Of a DNA stretch of 64,000 nucleotides, positions 25,231 through 34,930 are shown piece after piece. Below the pieces are notes generated by a model. That model saw nothing but the letters and a program-made list of their open reading frames with translations. It was not told the origin of the DNA and did no database searches. This DNA is from Chlorokybus atmophyticus. Lineage: Eukaryota; Plantae; Mesostigma and Chlorokybus algae. The DNA lies in NCBI GenBank assembly GCA_009103225.1, contig RHPI01002368.1:1025226-1089225 (forward strand), written 5' to 3'. How positions within the stretch are numbered: the first letter of the stretch is position 1; each line of letters begins with the position of its first letter. The translations under genes and the position numbers were made by a program.

Positions 25231-26250
25231 GTGGCCACTGAAGTAGTGGAGTTTCACGTGTTCCGACGACAACGAGGCATCACCGTGTTGGAACTATTCG
25301 GAGGAATAGGCAGTGGCCTCGCTGCTGTCCTCAACACCGGCGCGACGATCACCAAGTACTTCTACTGTGACCCTGATCCACACGCTCAGATTGCCCTGGG
25401 TCACCACCTGCGCCACCTACACAAATACTACCCGCAGCGACTGCCGCTATCGGCACTGCAAGTCAGTCTAAAGGCACTGCCACAGGACATCCGTTTAATC
25501 ATTGCGGATCACCTCATAGCGGTGGGCAACATCGACCTGCTGATAGCAAGATGGGAGTGTTAAGGACACTCCAGAGCAGGCAGCGGCAAAGGACTCGTTG
25601 ACCCTCGCTCACAACCGTTCTGGCAACTGATGCGTGTCATAAAAATTCTGCAGAGCAACCAGTTGTTCAGGCCTCCAGGATACATCATCGAGAATGTGCA
25701 CTCCGAGAACGATAAGCGCCATCTCGTGGCCAACAGCTTCCGACAGGTGTGTTCCTTACTGGGGCATTCTCTCAAAATCAACGCAGCGCGGCATGGCTCC
25801 CGTGCTCATCGTATCCGCGCCAAATGGACTAACCTGACAACAGTCGAAGATCACTTTGCTGCTGAATATCTGCACAGCAATTGTCCATGCAATCTGACAG
25901 TCGACGCTATCCTGGACCCTAATTGAACAGCACAACCAGTCACCCGACGCGATCACCACCATTTCTACTAGTGCAACCAGCCCGGGCAACCACATCATGC
26001 GCTCCCCACGCTGGTGTCCTACCCAGGATCGCCTTCCGCAACCACGGCGCAGACATGGTGTTTGATTCCAGCACAGGCCAGCTAGAGGAACCCAACGCGC
26101 GTGAGCGCAAACGCAATGGGATTCTCTTCAGGCAGTATCACAGGTACCACGCTGACCGACAGTCAGCAATGCCAATTGTTGGGACGCACCATGGATCAAA
26201 ACAGCATGGTATGGTTATTAGAATTCGTGCTTTGCTCTCCAAGACCGCCA
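25231..26250 (+). pseudogene. C5-cytosine DNA methyltransferase catalytic domain embedded in the Gypsy polyprotein (inactivated copy)
   Basis: Motif I TVLELFGGIG (~25282), II YFYCDPD, III LPQDI, IV IDLLIARWEC*GHSRAG (TAA at 25561 replaces the Q of the usual PCQ), V GLVDPRS, VI YIIENV (~25690), VIII AHRIR, IX EPNARER../AMGF, X LLGRTMD (~26175-26196). Stops and frameshifts present. Confidence 0.92.
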
Positions 26251-26296
26251 TGTGTCCTTCCAAGAGCTCGAAAACCTGGCAGGGGGGTGGGCCGAT

Positions 26297-29200
26297 TGTT
26301 GAAGGACTAGCATGCACATGTAGCTGAGGCAAGCATGGATGTACAGAGACAGAGCTACCGCCACCAGAGCATACACAAGTCACATCACATTCATCTATTA
26401 CAAGTTGTCCGCTGGTTCTTATACCAGCCAGTTACACACACGTCTACGTTTGCAAGCACTGCGTAAGCTATACTCAGCCGTTTGACGCGCTCTAAGCTGT
26501 GTTGTCTTCCTTACAACCAGAGCTTTCCAACAAGCTCTTACACGCCTAATATGAGTAAGTATACGCGGAGATACGAAGCAGTTAGTAAGGCTCCAGTCTG
26601 GAGTCCGGAGTCTGGTCCGACGATGCCATCTTGCTAAGTCCGGACCTAGTGCTCGTCCTTACGACCTTCTACTCCTGTGTGGAGGGTCGATGCTGATCGT
26701 ATGTAGGAATACTCTCAACACTCCCACGCGAGCAGCTTGACCTCCAACGCTTGCTCCTGTAGTCAAACACAGATGCCAAGTCCTGCACAACAAGTCTTGA
26801 ACTTGAGTGGTGACAATGGCTTTGTCATGAAGTCCGCCAGCATGCCCTCGGTGTTGCAGTACTGGAACTCCACCTCCTTCCTTGTGACTCTGTCACGCAC
26901 AAAGTGATGCATGACATCAATGTGCTTCGTCCTTGCCGAGGCGATAGGGTGCTTCAACAACTTGATGGCTCCTTGGTTGTCACAGTTGATGACGATGCAC
27001 GCCATGGGGTGCTCCAAGTCTGCCATGAGCTTGCGAAGCCAGAGTGCCTCCTTCACTGCTGCTGCCGCTGCCATGTACTCAGCCTCTGATGTAGATGCTG
27101 CTGTTGTTGGCTGCAGCCTGCTGTTCCAGCTCACCACGCCTCCGTTCAGCTTGAAGACGTAGCCTGTAGTGGACCTCCTGCTGTTGAGGTCACCAGCAAA
27201 GTCCGAGTCGCAGTAGCCCTCCAACTCAGTGCTCCCGCTCCCAAACTTGATGCCAACTGTTGCGCTCCCAGCAACATAGCGTAGTACTCCCTTTGCTGCT
27301 CTCCAGTGCTCCATGCTCGGTGCAGACATGTAGCGAGCAAGTACTCCCACAGCATGTGCAACATCGGGACGTGTGCACACTGCCAGATAGAGCATGCTGC
27401 CTACCAGCTCACCATATGGATACTGAGCCTTGTCGAGTACCTCCTCATCCTTTGCCTTGATGAGGGCAGTGCCAAGTGCCAACGGTGTGGTCTTGGTCTT
27501 CGCTTCAGTGAGCCCAAACTTGGTGACGAGTCTTCTCACCATCTGCTCCTGACTGATCTTGATTGTGCGAGCCGCCCTGTCGCGCTCAATCACCATGCCA
27601 AGGAACCACTTGGCCTCTCCAAGATCACGAACTGAGAATGCTTGCTGTAGAGCAAGTTTCGTCTCCTGCAGGTGGTGCACCTGCCTGGCGGTGATGATGA
27701 TATCATCAACATACACGAGCAGCCAGACCTTGTTGTCTGCATGGATGAAGAGCCCAGGGTCTGCAGAGGATGCGGTGAAGCCAAGTGCCTCCAGCTCCTT
27801 GGTGAGCTTGATGTGCCACATACGCGGTGCCTGTCGCAGCCCGTACAGTGCCTTGATCAGCTTGCACGCTGTGCCTCTCTCCCCTTCTTCATATCCAGGT
27901 GGTTGCTCGATGAAGATCTCCTCCTCCAGCTCTCCGTAGAGGAAGGCAGTCTTCACATCCAGGTGATGCAGCTTGAGGTCCTCAGCAGCAACCACAGCTA
28001 GCAGTGCACGGAAGGTGGTATGCTTACTTGCAGGTGCAAACACTTCGTTGAAGTCCACACCTTCCTGCTGCAAGAAGCCCTTTGCCACCAGTCTTGCCTT
28101 GTAGCGCTCAATGTTGCCCTGACCATCACGCTTCACCTTGAAGACCCATTTCACTGGAATGGTCTTCACTCCTTGCGGTAACTGCTCCAGTGACCAAGTG
28201 TTGTTGGCATGGAGTGACGCAATCTCCTCGTCCATAGCACGCTGCCATTGCTCCGCATCTGGTGCTAACAATGCCTCCTCGTAGGTGCTTGGCTCCTCAT
28301 TCTGCACACTGGCGACGTGTGCCTTGTGTAGGAAGTCAGGTGCCTTTCTCTCCCTCACTGGGTATCTCCGAGCTGCGTGCTCCTGCTGCAGGTGCGACTG
28401 CTTGTCTGCTACAGTGGAGTCCTGCTCACCCTTATCGTCGATGATGGCCTTGCCTGTAGCCTCCACTGTTTCAGGATGCTCCGGCTGTGCTTCATCTTCA
28501 GGAAAGAAGCCTGCTTCTGGTTGTGATAATCCCTCGTGGAAAACCACCTCTCTGCTCACGATGATCTTCTGAGTGTCCTCGAGCAAGATCCTGTAAGCCT
28601 TGGAACCCGGTTCATAGCCAACGAAGATGCCCTTCTTGCTGACCGGCTCCAGCTTGTGCCTGAGCTGTTTAGGCACTAGTGCATATGCCGTGCATCCAAA
28701 CACACGCATACCACTCACATCTGGTGTGGCTCCATAGAAGTGCTCCCACGGAGTCTTCTGCTCTGAGCTCACCGGAGACCTGTTGCGGATGTAGTTGGCA
28801 GTGAGTACCGCCTCCTTCCACAAACTGTCTTCCATCTTTGTGTCGTTGAGCATGGCTCGAACACGCTCCAAGAGTGTCCTGTTGAGGCGTTCAGCTGCTC
28901 CATTCTGCTGCGGGGTGTAGGGTGCCGTTGTCTCGTGGCGTATGCCCTTGCTGGCGAAGAACTCCTTCAACTCCTTGTTGATGTACTCCCCTCCTCGATC
29001 ACTCCTCATTGCCTTCATCTTGTTGCCAGACTGCGTCTCCAACAAGGCCACGACTGTGCGCACAGCTCCAGCAACTTCTGACTTGAGCGTCAATGGAAAG
29101 ATGATGGACAGCTTGCTGTAGTCGTCGAGGAATGTAGCAAAGTACCTGGCCCCTCCCTTCGCCACAATGCGCATAGGGCCACAGACATCCATGTGCACAA

Positions 29201-31201
29201 GCTCGCAAGGATGCTGACTGCTAGAAGAGGATGATGGGAATGGCATAGCATGCTGCTTTGCAACCAGGCATGGTTCACAAAGTGCACCTGATGCTGTCTT
29301 GAGTTCTTCTGTGCTGAGATGGATGCCCTTGACCATCTTCTCAGCGACAAGGCGAGTGAGGTTGACGTAGCTGAGATGCCCGAACCTCCGATGCCACAAT
29401 GTTGGCGACTCCTTGTCCTTCACCACCATGGCTTGAATGTCTCTGTCTTGAGGCTGCTCCACGTGGTAGAGCCCTCCCGGATCAGTGATTCCAACCATGT
29501 GCACGACCCCATCAAGGATGACTGAGCAGCCACCCTTCCGAAATAGGATCTCCGCGCCTAAGCGCTCCGCAACCCTCACAGAGAATAGACTCGCAATAGC
29601 CTTAGGAACATGCAGGACGTTGCGTAACAACACCTCGCGTAGTGTGTTACCAACCTTGCACTGGAGTCGTACGTTGCCAACTCCCTCAGCCACCAGTACT
29701 TCGCCACCGAAGCCCGCCACCTTGATTGTGGACGTCAGCTTCCTGTAGCCCTCCATCACCTCCTTGTTTGGTGTGAGATGACGATCGCAGCCAGAGTCCA
29801 CCACCCAGAAAGCTGTGCCCGCCCTCGAACTGGATGCAGTGAAGGCGACATGTTTCTCCTTGTGTTGGTGCTCGTTGCCGCTGTTGCTGGTGCTTGCTCT
29901 AGGTTGCCCCTGTTGTTTCTTCCTACAGTCCTTCACAATGTGCCCCTTCCAACCACACCAGTGGCATGTGAGGTCTTTGTGACGAGGATTGCCTGGCTTG
30001 TTGCCCTTGTACTTCTCTTCATGGTTGCTCTTCTTTGCGTGCTTGCCGGTGTAGAAGGCGACGGCATCCGCTTGCTCGTCCTTCTTCACAACCCTCTGCT
30101 CCACGGTGAGCAGCTTCGGTAGCACATCGTCCAACGTCAACTCCGATGATGACGTCTCCAGCAGGGTTGCGACGACCTCGTACTCTGCTGGTAGCCCTGC
30201 AACAATGGCCAGCACTACCTCCGTCTCCCCCATGTTGTGGCCGACGTTGATGAGGTCCGCCCACAGCTCTCTCGCGCGCGCAACATACTTCGTGATGGGT
30301 TCTGCTGCCTCCTTCCTGAGTGCGCTGAGCTGCTTGCGTAGATGCAACTTTCTGGCATTGTTCTTGGCTCTGAAAACGGCTGATAGCTTTTCCCAAGCTT
30401 GTCTACCATCTTCACATGCAGTGAGCATGGGAAAGTGATGCGGTTTGCTGTTCAACACAAGCAAAGAGTGTGCTTCTGCTGAATGCTCTGACCACACAGT
30501 GTTCGCTCCTGGTGTTGGTGGTGGTGCCTTCGGATCAACGTACTTCCACACCTTCTTGTGGATGAGCAAGGCCTTCATCTCCACGCACCATGTGTTGTAG
30601 TTGTCGGTGTCCAGCTTTGCAATCTGCCCCTTGTCGTAGGTCGCCTCCATTTCTGTCGAGCCTGCCTTTCTTGCAGTTGACACCCAAGGCTCTGCTACCA
30701 ACAAGCTACCGTAGTGCAGAACTACTATGCACACAAGCTAGTCTCACACTCCTCAAGCGTAGTGTGGGCCCATAACCTGTTGAAGGACTAGCATGCACAT
30801 GTAGCTGAGGCAAGCATGGATGTACAGAGACAGAGCTACCGCCACCAGAGCATACACAAGTCACATCACATTCATCTATTACAAGTTGTCCGCTGGTTCT
30901 TATACCAGCCAGTTACACACACGTCTACGTTTGCAAGCACTGCGTAAGCTATACTCAGCCGTTTGACGCGCTCTAAGCTGTGTTGTCTTCCTTACAACCA
31001 GAGCTTTCCAACAAGCTCTTACACGCCTAATATGAGTAAGTATACGCGGAGATACGAAGCAGTTAGTAAGGCTCCAGTCTGGAGTCCGGAGTCTGGTCCG
31101 ACGATGCCATCTTGCTAAGTCCGGACCTAGTGCTCGTCCTTACGACCTTCTACTCCTGTGTGGAGGGTCGATGCTGATCGTATGTAGGAATACTCTCAAC
31201 A
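26297..31201 (-). mobile_element. Ty1/Copia element A2, intact
   Basis: Two 424-bp LTRs (26297-26720 and 30778-31201) that appear identical by eye, TSD CCGAT (26292-26296 and 31202-31206), PBS GGTTATGGGCCC (30766-30777 rc), short PPT-like GTGGGAG next to the 3' LTR. Confidence 0.98.
26763..30734 (-). CDS. gag-pol: Copia Gag-Pol polyprotein (up to 1323 aa; first ATG gives MEATYDKGQ...)
   Basis: Unbroken ORF: CHWCGWKGHIVKDC, protease VVDSGC, LWHRRFGH, integrase VHMDVCGP and QQNGAAER, RT YKARLVAKG and YVDD, RNase H STSEAEY and RTKHID. Confidence 0.97.
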   Translation of the reverse strand: MCIVVLHYGSLLVAEPWVSTARKAGSTEMEATYDKGQIAKLDTDNYNTWCVEMKALLIHKKVWKYVDPKAPPPTPGANTVWSEHSAEAHSLLVLNSKPHHFPMLTACEDGRQAWEKLSAVFRAKNNARKLHLRKQLSALRKEAAEPITKYVARARELWADLINVGHNMGETEVVLAIVAGLPAEYEVVATLLETSSSELTLDDVLPKLLTVEQRVVKKDEQADAVAFYTGKHAKKSNHEEKYKGNKPGNPRHKDLTCHWCGWKGHIVKDCRKKQQGQPRASTSNSGNEHQHKEKHVAFTASSSRAGTAFWVVDSGCDRHLTPNKEVMEGYRKLTSTIKVAGFGGEVLVAEGVGNVRLQCKVGNTLREVLLRNVLHVPKAIASLFSVRVAERLGAEILFRKGGCSVILDGVVHMVGITDPGGLYHVEQPQDRDIQAMVVKDKESPTLWHRRFGHLSYVNLTRLVAEKMVKGIHLSTEELKTASGALCEPCLVAKQHAMPFPSSSSSSQHPCELVHMDVCGPMRIVAKGGARYFATFLDDYSKLSIIFPLTLKSEVAGAVRTVVALLETQSGNKMKAMRSDRGGEYINKELKEFFASKGIRHETTAPYTPQQNGAAERLNRTLLERVRAMLNDTKMEDSLWKEAVLTANYIRNRSPVSSEQKTPWEHFYGATPDVSGMRVFGCTAYALVPKQLRHKLEPVSKKGIFVGYEPGSKAYRILLEDTQKIIVSREVVFHEGLSQPEAGFFPEDEAQPEHPETVEATGKAIIDDKGEQDSTVADKQSHLQQEHAARRYPVRERKAPDFLHKAHVASVQNEEPSTYEEALLAPDAEQWQRAMDEEIASLHANNTWSLEQLPQGVKTIPVKWVFKVKRDGQGNIERYKARLVAKGFLQQEGVDFNEVFAPASKHTTFRALLAVVAAEDLKLHHLDVKTAFLYGELEEEIFIEQPPGYEEGERGTACKLIKALYGLRQAPRMWHIKLTKELEALGFTASSADPGLFIHADNKVWLLVYVDDIIITARQVHHLQETKLALQQAFSVRDLGEAKWFLGMVIERDRAARTIKISQEQMVRRLVTKFGLTEAKTKTTPLALGTALIKAKDEEVLDKAQYPYGELVGSMLYLAVCTRPDVAHAVGVLARYMSAPSMEHWRAAKGVLRYVAGSATVGIKFGSGSTELEGYCDSDFAGDLNSRRSTTGYVFKLNGGVVSWNSRLQPTTAASTSEAEYMAAAAAVKEALWLRKLMADLEHPMACIVINCDNQGAIKLLKHPIASARTKHIDVMHHFVRDRVTRKEVEFQYCNTEGMLADFMTKPLSPLKFKTCCAGLGICV

Positions 31202-32409
31202 CCGATCGCGTACAAGAGACCAAAGCAGCACACACCGCCCTCGAAATCGCCCATATGAAGGAGCAGGCAGCAGTCACTGTGGAGAACATCTCAGTGGTTG
31301 CCAACGCCACCTCTTGGTCCCATGCCATTGGACCACTGGCTACAGGCCAGACGCGAGAACAACTGGAGGCTCTCCTCAACAAAAAGAGAGGTCAGTTCAG
31401 TTTCAACGTAAGGGAACCAAGTGTTTGCTCAGTTTATCGAATGGACATCGAGTTGGTGGACACTGAACCGGTGTTTCGACGACAGTACCCACTCTCCAAG
31501 TTGAAAGAAGACATGGTGGAGCAGAGGTGCAAGGCTCTGCCAGATGCAGGCCTGATTGAGGAGTCCACATTGGACTTTGCGGCCGCGACCATCATGCCCC
31601 TGAAGAAGGATTCAGCAGGCAACTGGACAGACCGGCGCATGTGCCGCGACTATCGCCCCCTCAACAACAAGACCTAACAAGACAGGTATCTAATGTCTAC
31701 TGCAGAGGGTGTCTTTGATGATGTAGGAGACTGCACCGTCTTCAGCATCCTGGATATGCGACAAGGGTACAACCAGATTGCCATCAAGGAGGAGGACAAG
31801 CACAAGACCTCTTTCTGGGGCAACCGGCAGTTGTACCAGTGGAAGGTCATGCCCTTTGGACTGAAGAACGCTCCTGCCAAGTTCCAGCGCGTCATGGACA
31901 AAGCCTTGAAGGGGCTGGACTTCACGCGATGCTACATCGACGACATTCTTATCTTCAGTCGCAGTAACGACGAGCACCTTCAGCACATCGAGGAAGTGCT
32001 TGAGAGACTCAAGGGGGTGGGGATGACAGTGCACCCCGACAAGTGCACCTTCTTCACTCGCAAGATACCCTACCTAGGGCACATGATTGTGCCTCACGGT
32101 GTGTACGTACAGTAGGCAAAGGTGGAGGCTTTGGCGGCTATCCCTGCTCCCATAGACCTTACGCGTCTGCGTGCCTCTTTGGCCCTTGCCAACTACTATC
32201 GTCGGTTCGTGAAGGACTTCGCAAAGATCGCGCGACCCCTCAACGAGCTCCTAAACAAGGAGATGGAGTTTGCGTGGACGGGGCCACAACAGCAGGTGTT
32301 TGAGGAGCTAAAGGGCAGGCTCACCACCGCTCCCATCCATCAACGGCCTGACTACAACAAGCCCTTCATTTTCCACAGTGACCGGAGCAAACTTGGGATG
32401 GGGGCTGTG

Positions 32410-34930
32410 TGTTGACGGACGACATCCAGTCAGCCTGACTCCCATAGACTAAGGCATTGAGTGTTAGACATGGCTAAGTCCTTGTGCACGTCGCACTTGC
32501 AATACGAGGACTGATATCGAGCAGTTGTGAGTCTAGAGCTCGATATCGGTACAGACTGCTGGCGGACACTCGAAGACTCCGGACTTGGGAGCATCTGGAA
32601 GAGTCTGGCGACAGGCCAGAGCTTCGGTAGAAGTTGCAGAACTTCGTGGCTACTTAGTTGCAAGGAACGTGGCATAGCTTGTTGGAAAGGTCTTGAAGCT
32701 GGCTACGTGGAGCAACTTAGAGCACCTCAAGGACGCTTGTAGAAGGCGCAGGATCTTCTAGAGTAGAGGTGTGTGGTCTGGCTAAGTATATAAGCTAGCG
32801 GACTACACTTGCTTGAATGGAATAGTGATTGCTTTTAGCCCAAGCCTTGGCGGCTGTTGTGTTGTATGTGTCATTCCCTGCCCTGCTGCATGTGTCCACT
32901 AGCTTCCCCACACAATAGGTTATGGGCCCACTCTACGCGTGAGGAGTGCGAGTTAGTGGAAGCGTGGTACACTGGTAGCTGACTGGTAGCATAGTCTTGG
33001 GTGTTAACTGGCTGGAGAGAGGCGCGTTCAACTAAGATGGAGTCTAGCTACGACAAGGGGCAGATTGCAAAGCTGGACACTGACAACTACAGTACCTGGT
33101 GTGTGGAGATGAAGGCCTTGCTGATACACAAGAGGCTATGGAAGCATGTGGATCCGAAGGCGACACCACCACCTGTTGAAGAGAGGTCTGTATGGCTTGA
33201 GAGCTCGCAACAGGGACTTGCCTTGATTGTGTTGAACTGCAAGTCGTATCACTTTCCCATGCTATCTGCATGTGAGGATGGTAAACAAGCTTGGGAGAAA
33301 CTTGAGTCCGTGTTTCAAGCCAAGAACAACGCAAGGAAGCTGTCACTGAAGAAGCAGCTGAACTCCATCAAGAAGGAAGCTAGTGAGCCTGTCACAAAGT
33401 ATTTGTCGCGTGCGAGAGAGTTGTGGGCAAACCTTACTGATGTCGGGAGCAAGATGGAGGAGGATGACGTTGTGCTGGCTGTGCTGAACGGGCTACCATC
33501 TTAGTATGAGGTTGTCACTACTCTACTGGAGACATCGTCATCGGTTCTTACCCTGGACGACGTGCTGCCCAAGCTACTCACCGTAGAGCAAAAGACAACA
33601 AAGAAGGACGACCATGCAGATGCTGTGGTTTTCTACAACAAGTATAGAAGGCCTAAAGGACACGACAAGCAGCTACGGACTGGCAACCGTGACAACAAAA
33701 CTGGAAGCAGTAGTGGTAAACGACATGCCAAGCTGAGATGTCATACCTGTGGAGTGGTTGGACACATCAACAGAAATTGTCCCAAGCGTTATCAAGATGG
33801 AGGCGCAAGCACCAGCGGCAAAGAGAAGGCGTTTGCATTTGCTGCATCATTGGGAAGACACCATGGAAGTTGGGTGATCGACTCTGGATGCGAAAGGCAT
33901 CTCACGCCACATGTGTAGCTGTTGGAGGACTACACGAAGCTGACTCATCTTGTAAAAGTGGAGGGCTTCAATGGTCATGTGCTGGAGGGCATTGGGGTTG
34001 GGAGCGTGAAGCTTCATACCCAGGTCGGTGACACTGTTGATAAGGTCTTGTTGAGGGAGGTGTTGCACGTTCCTGGTGCTGCTGCGAGTCTATTTAGTGT
34101 AGCGACCGCTGAGCGCGTGGGAGCTGAGGTCATGTTCGAGAATGGACGCTGTGAAGTGAAGCTGGATGGGGTCGTGTGCATGGAGGGCGCTAAGCATGGA
34201 GGGCTCTACCTGGTACGACAACCTGGTCATATGCAAGCCTTAGTGGTGAAGGGGAAGAGACTGCGGAGCTCTGGCATCAAAGGTTCGGGCACTTGGGCTA
34301 CGGCAATCTCACTCGGTTGGTCTCAAAAGACATGGTTGTTGGCATTAACCTGAAGAAAGACGACTATGAAACCGCATCAGGTGTGCACTGTGAACCATAT
34401 GTGTTGGCGAAGCAGCATCGCGTGCCTTTCCCGTCATCTTCATCGCATAGTCAGCATCCTGGCGAGCTTGTGCATATGGATGTTTGTGGGCCTATGCGCG
34501 TTGTGGTGAAGGGAGGGGTAAAGTACTTTGCGACATTCCTCGACGACTACAGCAAGCTTTTCATCATCTTCCCATTGAAGGTGAAGTCTGAAGTTGCTGG
34601 AGCTGTGCGCACGGTCGTGGCATTGCTAGAGACACAAGGTGGCAAGAAGGTGAAAGCAATGTGGAGTGATCGAGGAGGGGAGTACATCAACAACGAGTTG
34701 AAGGAGTACTTCGCCAGCAAAGGCATACGCCACGAGACAACGGCACCCTACACCCCGCAGCAGAATAAAGCTGCTGAGCGTCTGAACGGGACCCTAATGG
34801 AGCGAGTACGAGCCATGCTCAGCGACAATCAGCTGGAAGACAGTTTGTGGAGTGAAGCTGTCCTTACCGCCAACTATATACGCAATCGGTCACCTGTGAG
34901 TTCTGAGCAGAAGACACCGTGGGAGCTCCT
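32410..34930 (+). mobile_element. Ty1/Copia element C (different family), 5' half only
   Basis: LTR 32410-32917 (TGTTGAC...CAATA), PBS GGTTATGGGCCC 32918-32929, gag MESSYDKGQIAKLD (33001-33504), CHTCGVVGHINRNC, VIDSGC, integrase 34293-34930. Stops and frameshifts; truncated against A3. Confidence 0.93.

Larger units (their letters stand above)
14376..32409 (+). mobile_element. Ty3/Gypsy-type retrotransposon family D, copy 1 (Gag-PR-DNMT-RT-partial RH), host of nested Copia insertions
   Basis: Own segments: putative LTR/5'UTR ~14376-15159; gag 15160-16570 with CHRCGRHGHYQKEC and CDYCHKTGHLESIC; 21487-24253 (N/G repeat, unknown region, protease MLESGAQPVIIG); 24724-26296 (protease YLLLGQDF, then DNMT); 31207-32409 (RT KKDSAGNWTDRRMCRDYR, VMPFGLKNAPAKFQ, YIDD; RH HSDRSKLGMGAV). 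Segments rejoin across the TSDs TCAAC, CCGAG and CCGAT. The LTR boundary is tentative. Confidence 0.85.

Noticed and set aside
25561-32115. Alternative genetic code (TAA/TAG = Gln), suggested by stops at expected Gln positions
   Set aside because: The 1323-aa Copia ORF and the ~558-aa host gene contain many Gln and no in-frame TAA/TAG; other stops replace Tyr, Glu or Trp. Mutational decay explains the pattern better.
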